64,000 nucleotides of DNA from an uncultured Clostridia bacterium (GCA_945878665.1 CAMDUN010000008.1:12-64011), one strand, 5' to 3'. Positions 39,389 through 49,636 are shown, counted from the first letter of the stretch. Program-made: numbers and translations. Notes: generated by a model not told the origin, from the sequence alone.

Positions 39389-40144
39389 TCAGCGGTTCTT
39401 TTGCAGGAACTCCGCGGCCAGCGCCGTATAGGCATCCGCGCCGCGGCAGCTGCGGTCATAGGCGGTGATGGGCTTGCCGTGGCTGGGCGCTTCGCTGAGA
39501 CGGACGTTCCGGGGGATGACGGTGGCGTACACCTTGCCGCCGAAAAAGCGCTTCAGCTCCTGGGCCACCTGGATGTTCAGGTTGGTGCGCCCGTCGAACA
39601 TGGTCAGCAGCACGCCCTCGATGTCCAGGCCGGGGTTCAGGCTGCGGCGCACCAGGCGGACGGTGCTCATCAGGTCGCTGACGCCCTCCAGGGCGTAATA
39701 CTCGCCCTGCACCGGCACGAGCAGCGTGTTGGCGGCGCACAGGGCGTTCAGCGTCAGCAGCTCCAGGGACGGCGGGCAGTCAATGAAGATGAAGTCGTAG
39801 TTGTCCGCCACCTGCCGCAGCGCGGCCTTCAGCAGGAACTGACGGTCCGGCAGGCTGGCCAGCTCCACGCCCGCGCCCGCCAGCGCTTTGCTGCTGGGCA
39901 GCACGTCGCCATAGGGGGTGGTGACGATGAGCTGGGCGGTGTCCACGCCGTTGATGAGGGCGTCGTACACGCCGTTGCTGGTGGTCTTGTCCACGCCCAT
40001 GCCGCTGGTGGCGTTGGCCTGAGGGTCAAAGTCGCACAGCAGCACCCGCTTGCCGGCGGCCCTGACGGCGGCGGCCAGGTTCACGCAGGTGGTGGTCTTG
40101 CCCACGCCGCCCTTTTGGTTTACGATCGCGATAATTTTTGCCAC
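39389..40144 (-). CDS. parA: ParA/Soj ATPase
   Basis: NQKGGVGKTT, DPQANAT and IPRNVRLSEAPSHG motifs. Confidence 0.95.
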   Translation of the reverse strand: MAKIIAIVNQKGGVGKTTTCVNLAAAVRAAGKRVLLCDFDPQANATSGMGVDKTTSNGVYDALINGVDTAQLIVTTPYGDVLPSSKALAGAGVELASLPDRQFLLKAALRQVADNYDFIFIDCPPSLELLTLNALCAANTLLVPVQGEYYALEGVSDLMSTVRLVRRSLNPGLDIEGVLLTMFDGRTNLNIQVAQELKRFFGGKVYATVIPRNVRLSEAPSHGKPITAYDRSCRGADAYTALAAEFLQKNR

Positions 40145-40245
40145 GGCAGTTCACCTTTCTGTCTCTTTCTACATTCCAGTAGTATATACCACGTGTGCGG
40201 CAGGTTTCAAGGTTTTTTCGCTGAGTTTAACAAAAAAGTAAGGAA

Positions 40246-40291
40246 TGTTTCACGTGAAACGCAAAAAAGGAGCTGTGTTTCACGTGAAACA
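40246..40291. other. Two parS sites
   Basis: TGTTTCACGTGAAACG (40246-40261) and TGTTTCACGTGAAACA (40276-40291). Confidence 0.9.
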
Positions 40292-40299
40292 CAGCTCCT

Positions 40300-40481
40300 C
40301 GGCTTGTCGATAAACATTCTCCATACGATAAGCAGTTCATCTACGCAGGGGGAGCTCGAGGGGGCAGAGCCCGCCTCGAATCGGATCAAATGTCGCGCAA
40401 AGCCTTGCCTTGCAAGGCGGCACGAAAATAACGGCATTATTTCAGGCTGCCGAAAAAGCCGGGGGCTTTTTCGGCAGCCTG
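40300..40481. mobile_element. MITE copy 2, flanked by a 32-bp duplication containing parS
   Basis: Homologous to 29586-29806. AGGAGCTGTGTTTCACGTGAAACACAGCTCCT occurs at 40268-40299 and 40482-40513. Confidence 0.8.
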
Positions 40482-40489
40482 AGGAGCTG

Positions 40490-40505
40490 TGTTTCACGTG
40501 AAACA
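40490..40505. other. parS site (duplicated copy)
   Basis: TGTTTCACGTGAAACA inside the target-site duplication. Confidence 0.9.
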
Positions 40506-40517
40506 CAGCTCCTTGCG

Positions 40518-42359
40518 TCAAATCAACATCAACCCGTCCAGCGGCGGCAGCGACACCCGGAGCTGACCGCCGGCCACCAGGAACTGCTGGCCGGTGAGGG
40601 CGTCCGCGGCGATGGACGCGCCCCAGGGCAGTGTCAGCGTCAGTGTCTCGTCCCCGGCGTTCAGGGCAATGAGCGTGGTCTCGCCCTCGTGCTCACGGGC
40701 GATGACCAGGCCGCCGCCCTGGGCGTAGACGTAGGCGAGACTGCCCTCTTGCAGCGACAGGCGCTGCGTTCGCAGGCGGCCCAGCGTGCGGAAAAAATCC
40801 AGCAGCGCGGCATCCTCGCGTCCCCAGGGGAACGTGCCCCGGTTCAGCGGGTCTTCAAAGCCCTGCATTCCGGCCTCGTCGCCGTAGAACAATGTGGGCG
40901 AGCCGGGGAAGCCGTACAGCAGCATCCCAGCCAGCCGCAGCCTGGCCTTTCCACGGGCCAGCTGGGCGGGGGAGAGGGCGTAGGCCGCCCGTTCCTCCTT
41001 GGCGGCAGGCACGTGGTCCGCGCCCAGCAGCGTCAGGATACGGGGCGTGTCGTGGGTGCCCAGGAAGTTCATCGCGCCGTAAAACGCGGCGGGAGGATAG
41101 TGGGCGCGGAGCGTCTCCATGCTGTCGCGGAAGTCGGCGGCATCGCCGCCGCCTAGCCAGCGCAGCAGCGCCGTGCGGAGGGGATAGTTCATCAGGCCGT
41201 GGGTCTCCCGGCCCAGCAGATACCGGCGGCGCTGGGAGTAGGCGATCTTGTTGCTGCCGTCCTCCCACACCTCGCCCAGCAGGTAAGCGTCGGGTTTTTC
41301 ACTCTCCATGGCCCGGCGGATACCGGCGATGAAATCGTCGGGCAGCTCGTCCGCCACGTCCAGCCGCCAGCCGTCCGCGCCGCAGCGAAGCCAGCGGCGC
41401 ACCACGCTGTCCTCGCCCTCGAAGATGAAGCGGCGGTAGTCGGGCTGCTGCTCGTTGACGGCGGGCAGCGTCTTTACGCCCCACCAGGCGTCGTAGTCCG
41501 TGGGCCAGGGGTGGAAGCTGTACCAGCCGTAATAGGGTGAGCTTTGACTCTGGGCCGCGCCCAGCTCAGGGTAGAAGCCGTCCGCGTTGAAGTACCGGCT
41601 TCTCGACCCGGTGTGGTTGAACACGCCGTCCAGCAGCACACGCATACCACGCTTGTGGGCCTCCCGGCACAGGGTACGAAAGTCCTCCTCATCGCCCAGC
41701 AGCGGGTCGATGGCCCGGTAGTCGGCGGTGTCGTAGCGGTGGTTGCTGGCGGCCTCGAAAATGGGGTTGAGGTACAGCGTGGTCACGGACAATCTTTGCA
41801 GATAGTCCAGCTTCGCCGTGATGCCCGCCAGCGAGCCGCCAAAAAAGTCGCGGTTGGTGATCTGCCCGTTCTCGTCGGGGCGGAACACCGGCTGGTCGTC
41901 CCAGCTTTCGTGCAGCCAGCGATGGCCCACCATGCCGGACACGTCCGGCAGGCCGGTGCGGTGGAAGCGGTCGGGGAAGATCTGATACGTCACGCCCCGT
42001 CCGAACCAGTCCGGCGTAGCGGTGTCCTCGTACACCGTCAGCTGCCAGCGCGCCGCGCCGTCCCTGTCGGGCCGCAGGCCGTTCTTGCCCAGGTAGGACA
42101 CCGTGCCGTCCCAGCGGGTCAGCCGGAACACGTACCAGCACAGCTCGCCCTCGCCGGGGACGGTGTACGTGCCGGCGAAGCCGCCCTCCGCCGGTGGCAG
42201 GGGGCACACGTCCTCCGCGGCGGCGAACTCCCGGTATACCAGCAGCTCACAGCCGCAGAACGCATCGTCAGAAAGCGCGAAACGCACCTCAGTGCCGCAT
42301 TTGGCAGCACCGAAGGGCGTTTTACAGCGTGTATCGCGGGGATCGAAATAGGTTTCCAT
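40518..42359 (-). CDS. GH13 neopullulanase/amylopullulanase-type glycosidase
   Basis: YQIFPDRF, LDGVFNH, GWRLDVADE, GEVWE and THD motifs. Confidence 0.92.
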   Translation of the reverse strand: METYFDPRDTRCKTPFGAAKCGTEVRFALSDDAFCGCELLVYREFAAAEDVCPLPPAEGGFAGTYTVPGEGELCWYVFRLTRWDGTVSYLGKNGLRPDRDGAARWQLTVYEDTATPDWFGRGVTYQIFPDRFHRTGLPDVSGMVGHRWLHESWDDQPVFRPDENGQITNRDFFGGSLAGITAKLDYLQRLSVTTLYLNPIFEAASNHRYDTADYRAIDPLLGDEEDFRTLCREAHKRGMRVLLDGVFNHTGSRSRYFNADGFYPELGAAQSQSSPYYGWYSFHPWPTDYDAWWGVKTLPAVNEQQPDYRRFIFEGEDSVVRRWLRCGADGWRLDVADELPDDFIAGIRRAMESEKPDAYLLGEVWEDGSNKIAYSQRRRYLLGRETHGLMNYPLRTALLRWLGGGDAADFRDSMETLRAHYPPAAFYGAMNFLGTHDTPRILTLLGADHVPAAKEERAAYALSPAQLARGKARLRLAGMLLYGFPGSPTLFYGDEAGMQGFEDPLNRGTFPWGREDAALLDFFRTLGRLRTQRLSLQEGSLAYVYAQGGGLVIAREHEGETTLIALNAGDETLTLTLPWGASIAADALTGQQFLVAGGQLRVSLPPLDGLMLI

Positions 42360-42370
42360 AGCGTACCTCG

Positions 42371-44401
42371 TTATTGCAGCAGAGTGTTTTCTCCCGCGGT
42401 GCTGCTGTTGCTGCCCCGGGAGAACCAGGCGTTGATGATGTCCACGGCGGCGTTGGCCAGCAGACTGCCGCTGCCGCCCTTCTCCACCACGATGGCCACG
42501 GCGATCTCCGGGTCTTCATAGGGGGCGTAGGCCACGAACACGCCGTTGGCGATGTCCGTGCCCACCTGAGCCGAGCCGGTCTTTGCGCCGGCCTCCACCA
42601 CGCAGCGGGAGAAGGCGGAGGTCAGAGAGTCGTGGGTCAGGTCGTGCATACCCTTCGTCACCGCTGCCATGGTGCTGTCGGAGATGTTCATGTCGTTTAG
42701 CGGTTTTTCATCATAAGCGTAAATTAGACGCGAATTGTCGTATGATTTTACGGTTTTCAGCAGGTGGGCGGCGTAGTGCTCACCGCCGGACACCAGCGTA
42801 GCCACGTAGTTGGCCAGCTGAAGGGGGGTAAAGGCGTTGTAGGACTGGCCGATGGCGGCGGTGATGGTCTGACCGTCCGTCCACTCCCGGTCGTGGGCCT
42901 CCGCCCACTCCGGGGAGGCCAGCACGCCGCTGACATCGCCGATCTCGATGCCGGTGGACTGACCCAGGCCGAACTGGGTGGCGTAGTCGTCCAGCCGGGC
43001 GATGCCGGTAAGGCGGCCCACCTCGTAATAGAAGTAGTTGCAGGAGTCCACGATGGCCTGGCTGACGTTGATGCGCCCGTGGGTCATGCGGGCCTGCCGC
43101 CAGATCCAGCACGCGGGCTGGGGATCTTTGTAATAGGTATACACGCCCCGATCCTCGATGATGGTGGTAGGGGTGATGACGCCGCTCTCCAGCGCCGCCA
43201 CGGAGGTACACAGCTTGAAGGTCGAGCCGGGGGCGTAGATGCCCTGGGTGGCCCGGTTGAACATGGGCAGCCGGTCGTCCTCCGCCAGCGTCTCATAGTC
43301 CCGGTTGAACGTCTCCAGGTCATAGGTGGGGTAGCTGGCCATGGCCAGTACCTCGCCGTTGCCCACGCCCATCACCACCGCCGCGCCGCCGCGCTGGTAG
43401 CTGTCCTTGTCCATCATGCCCTGGATGGTGCTGGCCAGCGTCTGCTCCGCCACGGCCTGTAGATCAATGTCCAGCGTCAGGGCCACCGTGCCGCCGGGCT
43501 GGGGCTCGCGGGTATACAGCTCGCCGGTGAGCTTGCCGTTTTCGTCGGTGGTCACCAGCCGCCTGCCGTCCTCGCCGTGGAGGTACTCCTCAAACGCCTT
43601 CTCCACGCCGTCCTTGCCCACCAGGTCGTTCATGGCGTAGCCCTTGTCGGCATAGCCCACGTAGCCGGTGCTCTCGTCGCTGCTCCATTCCTCCTGCCAT
43701 ATCGGGCCGATGGTGCCCAGAATATGGCTGGCCAGCTTGGAGTTATATACGCGGGCGGAGGCGGTCTTGATGGTCACGCCGTCGAAATGCCCGTCGGTGA
43801 TCTGACTGATGATCTCCGCCGACACGTCCTCGGCGAAGGTATAGCTGCTGCGGCTGTCCAGCTCGTAGCGCACGCCGGCGATGTCGCGGGCCTGGGCCAC
43901 GGTGCAGCCGCTGTCGATGTGGTACAGCTCACGCAGGGCCTCCAGCAGCTCTGCGGCGTTGGCGTTCTCCGGCAGCTTCCGTTTTTCCAGGTAGGATTTG
44001 AAGCTCCTGGAGCGGGCGGCGGTGGTCAGCTGGGGCGCAGACCCGGCGGTCATGGGCAGGGAGTCGCTCCACGCGGTGTCCGTCTCCCGGCACAGGTCGA
44101 TAAGCCGGAGAATGGCCGCGTTCAGCGCATCCTCGTCCTTTTTGAAGCCGCTGCGGTCGAACACCAGCGTATAGGCCAGCCGGTTGGACACCAGCACCTT
44201 GCCGTTGCGGTCGGTGACGATGCCGCGGGAGGCCGTCACCGTCTCGCTGGAGGCGTTGCTGGCGATGGACTTGGCCCGGTTCTCGCTGCCATGCGCCACC
44301 TGCGCGTCATACAGCACGGCGGCGAACAGCAGCAGAAACGCGGCGAAAAAGCCCAGCAGCAGCTGGACGCGCCGTTTTGTGGGATGGGGGTTCTGTATCA
44401 T
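42371..44401 (-). CDS. mrdA: Class B penicillin-binding protein (PBP2)
   Basis: STFK, SCN and KTG catalytic motifs, downstream of mreCD. Confidence 0.88.
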   Translation of the reverse strand: MIQNPHPTKRRVQLLLGFFAAFLLLFAAVLYDAQVAHGSENRAKSIASNASSETVTASRGIVTDRNGKVLVSNRLAYTLVFDRSGFKKDEDALNAAILRLIDLCRETDTAWSDSLPMTAGSAPQLTTAARSRSFKSYLEKRKLPENANAAELLEALRELYHIDSGCTVAQARDIAGVRYELDSRSSYTFAEDVSAEIISQITDGHFDGVTIKTASARVYNSKLASHILGTIGPIWQEEWSSDESTGYVGYADKGYAMNDLVGKDGVEKAFEEYLHGEDGRRLVTTDENGKLTGELYTREPQPGGTVALTLDIDLQAVAEQTLASTIQGMMDKDSYQRGGAAVVMGVGNGEVLAMASYPTYDLETFNRDYETLAEDDRLPMFNRATQGIYAPGSTFKLCTSVAALESGVITPTTIIEDRGVYTYYKDPQPACWIWRQARMTHGRINVSQAIVDSCNYFYYEVGRLTGIARLDDYATQFGLGQSTGIEIGDVSGVLASPEWAEAHDREWTDGQTITAAIGQSYNAFTPLQLANYVATLVSGGEHYAAHLLKTVKSYDNSRLIYAYDEKPLNDMNISDSTMAAVTKGMHDLTHDSLTSAFSRCVVEAGAKTGSAQVGTDIANGVFVAYAPYEDPEIAVAIVVEKGGSGSLLANAAVDIINAWFSRGSNSSTAGENTLLQ

Positions 44402-44423
44402 AGGGGTCTCCTCTCGCTGTGGG

Positions 44424-44933
44424 TCAATCCCGCTGGGTCAGCAGACATATTCTGCGGAACGGATAGTGGACCAGCACCGTCAGGGGCAGGGACAGCGCGG
44501 CCTCCTTGCCCGCCAGCACCGCCGCCGCTGTTACGTCCACGGACTGACTGCCCGCCAGCACCGCCAGGTGCAGCACGCCGCACACCACCAGCGCCGACGC
44601 GGCGGCAGCCAGGGAGCACACCAGTCCCGCCGCCACCACCCGGCCCGACAGAAGCCAGGCCAGTCCGCCGCTGACGAGGAACGCCAGCGCGTAAAAGCAG
44701 GGCAGCCCTGCCACCGGCGTCAGCAGGTCGCACGCCAGCCCGAAGAACACGGAGAACAGCAGCGCCCCCTCGTCCCGCTCCAGCGTCACCGGGATGACGG
44801 CGATAGCCGGCAGCAGAAAGGGGTGTACGCCCCATACCTGTACCCGTACCAAAAGCAGGCTCTGCACCAGCACCAGCGCCAGGGCGCACAGGCTATACAA
44901 TATCCACTTCTGCACCACAGCACGGCGGGTCAT
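44424..44933 (-). CDS. mreD: Rod shape protein MreD-like
   Basis: Highly hydrophobic 169 aa between mreC and the PBP gene. Confidence 0.7.
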   Translation of the reverse strand: MTRRAVVQKWILYSLCALALVLVQSLLLVRVQVWGVHPFLLPAIAVIPVTLERDEGALLFSVFFGLACDLLTPVAGLPCFYALAFLVSGGLAWLLSGRVVAAGLVCSLAAAASALVVCGVLHLAVLAGSQSVDVTAAAVLAGKEAALSLPLTVLVHYPFRRICLLTQRD

Positions 44934-44948
44934 AGGCAAGCTCCTTCG

Positions 44949-45788
44949 TTATTCGATGACATCAAAGTCCGTGATGATATACAGGTCGCGCAGGTCACTC
45001 AGGTCGCAGCGCGGCGTGAGCACCGCGTAGCGGGCCAGGCCGCCGTCGTCGGTGCGTACCTCGTCCACCGTGCCGATGACCAGCCCGGCGGGGTAATAGC
45101 CGCCCAGGCCGGACGTGACCACCAGGTCGCCCTTGATGAGGTTGGCGGAGTCGGACAGGTATTGCAGCTTCAGCTTCCCCTCGCTCATCAGCGCCAGGTC
45201 GCCGCCGGCCACCGCCGTCTCCTCCGTGCGGAACACCATCGCGCCGAACTGGGCCTCCGTGTCCGCCAGGGTGGCCATGCAGCACCAGTTCAGGCCCACG
45301 TCCGTCACCACGCCGGCCAGGTTGCCGGTGCTGTCCACGGCGCAGTCGCCCACGGCCACGCCGTGCTGACTACCCCGGTTCAGCACCACCGTGCTGGCCC
45401 AGTTGGACACGTCACGCTGGGTCACGCGGGCGGCCTCGAATTGCAGGTCGGTGCGTTGCTGGCGCAGACCCAGCAGCCGGCGCAGCTCCTTATTCTCGTC
45501 GGCGGCGTTCTGGGCCTTCCGCAGCTCGTCCTCCAGCTCCGCCACCCGGCGGTTCAGTTCCGCGTTCTTCTCCTGGAGCTGCTCCACGCTTTCAAAGCGG
45601 TCGCCCAGGTCGGTGAACCACCCGGCCACCGCCGCGCCCGCCGCACGGAACGGCGACGCCACCACGCCCAGGGCGTTGTGCAGAAACCCCGTCCCCGAGC
45701 CCAACGCCGACACCACGCACAGCGCCACCGCGATGGTGGCCGCCGCCGCCAGCAGCCATATTCCCGTTTTCGTAAAAAATCGCTTCAT
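44949..45788 (-). CDS. mreC: Rod shape protein MreC
   Basis: TM segment plus coiled coil, and GDLVVTSGLGGYYPAGLVIG. Confidence 0.92.
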   Translation of the reverse strand: MKRFFTKTGIWLLAAAATIAVALCVVSALGSGTGFLHNALGVVASPFRAAGAAVAGWFTDLGDRFESVEQLQEKNAELNRRVAELEDELRKAQNAADENKELRRLLGLRQQRTDLQFEAARVTQRDVSNWASTVVLNRGSQHGVAVGDCAVDSTGNLAGVVTDVGLNWCCMATLADTEAQFGAMVFRTEETAVAGGDLALMSEGKLKLQYLSDSANLIKGDLVVTSGLGGYYPAGLVIGTVDEVRTDDGGLARYAVLTPRCDLSDLRDLYIITDFDVIE

Positions 45789-45800
45789 AGTGCCCTCAAA

Positions 45801-46373
45801 TCATCCCAACAGCTTTACGCCGAACTCCGCCAGCATCCGACTCAGCAGCAGCACCGGCAGGCCCATCACATTGAAGAAATCCCCGTTGATGCGCTCCACC
45901 AGCAGCGCCCCCTGGCCCTGCACGCCGTAAGCTCCGGCCTTGTCCATGGGCTCGCCCCCGGCGATATACGCCCGCAGCTCTGATTCCGAGGCAGGGCGGA
46001 AATACACCTCTGTCCGTTGGGCACGGGTCAGCATTCTGCTGCCCTGCCGTACCGTCACGCCGGTACACACCGCGTGATGGTGGCCCTGCAGGGCCGTCAG
46101 CATGGCCAGCGCCTCCGCCTCGTCGGCGGGCTTGCCCAGCTTTTTATCGTCCAGAAACACCATGGTGTCGGCGGTGATGACGATCTCGTCCTCCGCCGCC
46201 TCCACTGCCTGGGATTTCTCCCGGGAGATGTAGCACACCGTCTCCTCCGGCGTAAGCCCGGCGGGGAAGTACTCCTCCACCTCCGGCACGCGGACGTCAA
46301 ACTCCGCCACGCCGATGCGGCGCAGCAGCTCCTGCCGCCGGGGCGACCCGGAGGCCAACACGATCTTCGCCAT
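45801..46373 (-). CDS. maf: Maf nucleotide pyrophosphatase
   Basis: LASGSPRR, ADT and DKAGAYG motifs. An alternative GTG start lies at 46382. Confidence 0.93.
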   Translation of the reverse strand: MAKIVLASGSPRRQELLRRIGVAEFDVRVPEVEEYFPAGLTPEETVCYISREKSQAVEAAEDEIVITADTMVFLDDKKLGKPADEAEALAMLTALQGHHHAVCTGVTVRQGSRMLTRAQRTEVYFRPASESELRAYIAGGEPMDKAGAYGVQGQGALLVERINGDFFNVMGLPVLLLSRMLAEFGVKLLG

Positions 46374-46378
46374 GCCCG

Positions 46379-46828
46379 TCACCGCCCTGTCGAGCCGAAG
46401 CCGCCTGCGCCCCGGTCGGTGTCATCCAGCTCCGACACCTGCACCACCGTGGGCTGCACCACCGGCGTGACCATCAGCTGGGCGATGCGGTCGCCGGGCC
46501 GCACGGTGTATTCGCTTTGTCCCAGGTTCACCAGCCCCACGCCGATCTCGCCCCGGTAGTCGCTGTCGATAACGCCCACGCCGTTGCTCAGGCACACGCC
46601 CTGCTTGATGCCCAACCCGCTGCGGGCGAACACCAGCGCCACATAGTCCGCCGACGGCAGCGCGATAGCGATGCCCGTGGGGATCAGCCGCCGCTCTCCG
46701 GCTTGCAGCGTCACCGCCTCGTCCAGACAGGCGCACAGATCCATGCACGCCGCCCCGGCGGTGGCGAATTTCGGCAGGGGTATCTCCGTCCCTATCTTGG
46801 GGGACAGGGCCTTGATCTTCAGCTCCAT
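46379..46828 (-). CDS. dut: dUTP diphosphatase
   Basis: ARSGL, GVIDSDYRGE and RGAGGFGSTG motifs. Confidence 0.96.
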   Translation of the reverse strand: MELKIKALSPKIGTEIPLPKFATAGAACMDLCACLDEAVTLQAGERRLIPTGIAIALPSADYVALVFARSGLGIKQGVCLSNGVGVIDSDYRGEIGVGLVNLGQSEYTVRPGDRIAQLMVTPVVQPTVVQVSELDDTDRGAGGFGSTGR

Positions 46829-46936
46829 AGTAACACCTTTTTCTCCCAAAATTGAATACTAATTGTAAATTATTGCGATTGTTATACCGTTTGTTTTCGG
46901 AAGTTGCCCTCGTGCGCGCAAAAGCACCGCTATCTC

Positions 46937-47038
46937 TGTCATTGCGAGGAGAGCAAAGCCCGACGCGGCGATCCGTTCTCTTTTTTCGGGGATGCGGATT
47001 TCCACGCCAGTGACATCGGTCACTGGCCCGGAATGACA
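46937..47038. repeat. GTCATT...AATGAC paired palindromic element
   Basis: TGTCATTGCGAG...CGGAATGACA. Homologues at 55.05, 59.98 and 61.99 kb. Confidence 0.8.
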
Positions 47039-47057
47039 GAGAGCAGCAGGCCGGTTT

Positions 47058-49139
47058 TCACTCCACGCCCCGGTAGAACAGCCCTCGCGTCACATCCGCG
47101 TCCGCCGTCACCGCGCCGGTGCGGTGGGCGCGCAGCACGGCGGCGCACTCCTCCGGCGACTCCGTGGTGAACCGCAGCCGCCCGTAGGCCAGCCCGCAGC
47201 GGAACACCTCCGGCTTATCCGCCAGCACCAGCGTCTTGCCGTTTTCGATCTCGCACCGGCAGCCGTAGCCGCACAGCACCGGGAACTGCGCTCCCGTGCG
47301 GTCTGTCAGCACGCTGCCGCCGCCGTGGGCGCAGCCCACTGCGTTCTTCGTCATGCAGTTCTCCGTCACCATCAGCGGCAGCCGCCCGTAGATAACGGCC
47401 TCGCAGGGGACGTACTTCGCCAAATCCCGCACCTGCTGCCACCGCAGCTCAAAGCTCACCGCCGCAGAGGTCAGCCCCTGCTCCTGCCAGAAGCGCAGCG
47501 CCCGGCTGTTGTAGATATTCAGCCCGTAGTCGCCCCGCAGCGTTTTGCCCAGCCCCCGGACGATGGGCAGGTGGCCCAGGTTGCCGATGGTCACGGAGGA
47601 CACCTCGCCGTGCCGGGCGAGAATATCCCGGAGCACGGCCTCGTCCGCCGTGCGGAACACACGGGGCAGCACGGCGCAAAGCTCCGCCTGTCCCGCGTAG
47701 GGGGACAGCTCCATGGTATCCAGCAGCTCCGCCGGAATATACACGATGGCCGGTTTTTCCGCCAGTAATTCCGCCGTCAGCTGGTCGGCCCGTGCGATGG
47801 AGCAGGTGAATTGCAGCTCCGCCGCGCCCGCCGGCGCGTCCGGCAGAGGGGAGGGCGCGCACACCCGGCGCTCCGGCTTGTCCGTCCGCCGCGCTGCCAG
47901 CTCGTCCAGCAGCTCCCGCCGCAGGCCGTTCACCGCGCTGGCGGACACCATCAGCCCCTCGTCCAGCTCTATTTCAATGCTCTCTGCCGCGAACACCGTG
48001 CCGCCGGTCTTGGCCAGCCGCTGCCGCAGCTCCTCCTCCGTCACGGCGCGGTTTCGCGCCTCCTCCGGCATATCGCCCGTGGCCATGCCTATGGTGACGC
48101 CGCCCGGGATGGCGCAGGCGCCGCTCAGACGCACCGGCTCGCCCCGGCGCACCGTCATACGGAGGTTCACCGGGATCTTTCGGTTCTCTTTTCCGTTTTC
48201 GTATACCGCCCGGGCCTGGGCAAACAGCTCCTTCGGCTCAGGGACGTTCTCCGGCCTCGTGCCGAACATGGCCCGCCCCTTGCGGCCCAGCCAGTAGCCG
48301 TCGGTAAAGCCGCTGCGGGAGAATGCCTGCTCCAGCGCGGCGCTCTCCGCCGCCGTGGGGCGGCGCTTCTCGTCCAGCAGCCGGCGGTAGATGCCCGTCA
48401 CCACCGCCACGTATTCGGGCCGCTTCATCCGGCCCTCGATCTTCAGGCACGCTACGCCCATGCGCTCCATGTCCTGCAAATAGGCGGACAGGTTGGCGTC
48501 CTTCAGACTCAGGGGATAGTCCCCGCCGCAGGGCGCGTTCACGCCGTAGGGCAGCCGGCAGGGCTGGGCGCACGCGCCCCGGTTGCCGCTGCGCTGTCCC
48601 AGCACGGCGCTCATCTCGCACTGGCCGGAGTAGCACATACACAGCGCCCCGTGGCCGAATATCTCGATCTCCGCGCCGCACCCGGCGCAGATCTCCGCCA
48701 CCTCGTCCCGGCTCAGCTCACGGGCCAGCACCACCCGCTCCATGCCCAGCTTCTCCGCCTCCCGCGCACCGCCCAGGGTGAACAGGCTCATCTGCGTGCT
48801 GGCGTGGATGGGCAGGTCGGGCACGGTCTCCCGCGCCAGCGTCAGCAGCCCCCAGTCCTGCACCAGCACCGCGTCCACGCCCATGGCGCTGGCCTTTCGC
48901 AGCGTGTCCGCCGCCTTGTCCAGCTCCCGGTCGGTGAGCAGAGTGTTCAGCGTCAGGAACACCCTGACGCCCCGCAAATGGCAATAGTCCACCGCCGACG
49001 CAAATTCCTCGTCGGTGAAGTTCTTGGCGCTGCGCCGTGCGTTGAACGCGCCAAAGCCCATATATACCGCGTCCGCGCCGCTCTGCACGGCGGCGATCAG
49101 CGCTTCATAGCCCCCCGCGGGGGCGAGCAGCTCCATCAT
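47058..49139 (-). CDS. U32 peptidase family protein (RlhA-like RNA hydroxylation factor)
   Basis: MELLAPAG, HASTQ, CMCYSGQC, CAQPCR and KIEGRMK, with a long C-terminal extension. Confidence 0.88.
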   Translation of the reverse strand: MMELLAPAGGYEALIAAVQSGADAVYMGFGAFNARRSAKNFTDEEFASAVDYCHLRGVRVFLTLNTLLTDRELDKAADTLRKASAMGVDAVLVQDWGLLTLARETVPDLPIHASTQMSLFTLGGAREAEKLGMERVVLARELSRDEVAEICAGCGAEIEIFGHGALCMCYSGQCEMSAVLGQRSGNRGACAQPCRLPYGVNAPCGGDYPLSLKDANLSAYLQDMERMGVACLKIEGRMKRPEYVAVVTGIYRRLLDEKRRPTAAESAALEQAFSRSGFTDGYWLGRKGRAMFGTRPENVPEPKELFAQARAVYENGKENRKIPVNLRMTVRRGEPVRLSGACAIPGGVTIGMATGDMPEEARNRAVTEEELRQRLAKTGGTVFAAESIEIELDEGLMVSASAVNGLRRELLDELAARRTDKPERRVCAPSPLPDAPAGAAELQFTCSIARADQLTAELLAEKPAIVYIPAELLDTMELSPYAGQAELCAVLPRVFRTADEAVLRDILARHGEVSSVTIGNLGHLPIVRGLGKTLRGDYGLNIYNSRALRFWQEQGLTSAAVSFELRWQQVRDLAKYVPCEAVIYGRLPLMVTENCMTKNAVGCAHGGGSVLTDRTGAQFPVLCGYGCRCEIENGKTLVLADKPEVFRCGLAYGRLRFTTESPEECAAVLRAHRTGAVTADADVTRGLFYRGVE

Positions 49140-49459
49140 CCGCGGCGGTTCTGATTCTGCTGATTTTGCAGCTTGCGCCGCAGCTCGGCGGCCTCGCTCT
49201 TGGCCTGGCTGGCCTCGTCCAGATACGTCTTCAGCTGCCGCCGCAGGTTCTCCGAGCCGTCCTGCGCCTTGCAAAGCTGGTCGGCCAGGTTCACCGCCGC
49301 CAGCACCGCCGCGTTGTCCCGGCTCATGTGGGCGCTGTCCATCAGTTCGCGCATCTCCTTGTCCACCAGCGCCCCCACCTTTTCCATGTAGGCGGCGTCC
49401 TCCTCCGCGATCAGGGTGTACTCCGTCCCGCAGATGGTCATGGTCACTCGGTTCGCCAT
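49136..49459 (-). CDS. zapA: Cell division protein ZapA
   Basis: RVTMTICGTEYTL, AVLAAVNLAD and a coiled coil. Confidence 0.9.
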   Translation of the reverse strand: MANRVTMTICGTEYTLIAEEDAAYMEKVGALVDKEMRELMDSAHMSRDNAAVLAAVNLADQLCKAQDGSENLRRQLKTYLDEASQAKSEAAELRRKLQNQQNQNRRG

Positions 49460-49636
49460 ACGTAAGGCCCTCCTTTATGTCTTCGGTATATAGATACCTA
49501 TTCATTGTCCATTATAGCACAATTTTCCCCGCTGAAAAGGCTATTTTGCCGAAAGTCGGAAATTTGTAAAAACGCCGCTTTACGAACGGTGGCTTTTCAT
49601 GTAGAATAGGGTCAAATGACGAGAGGGGGCGCGGCC

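Noticed and set aside
40207-40521. 104-aa ORF with CVSRET repeats
   Set aside because: Translation of parS palindromes and the MITE, with no RBS.
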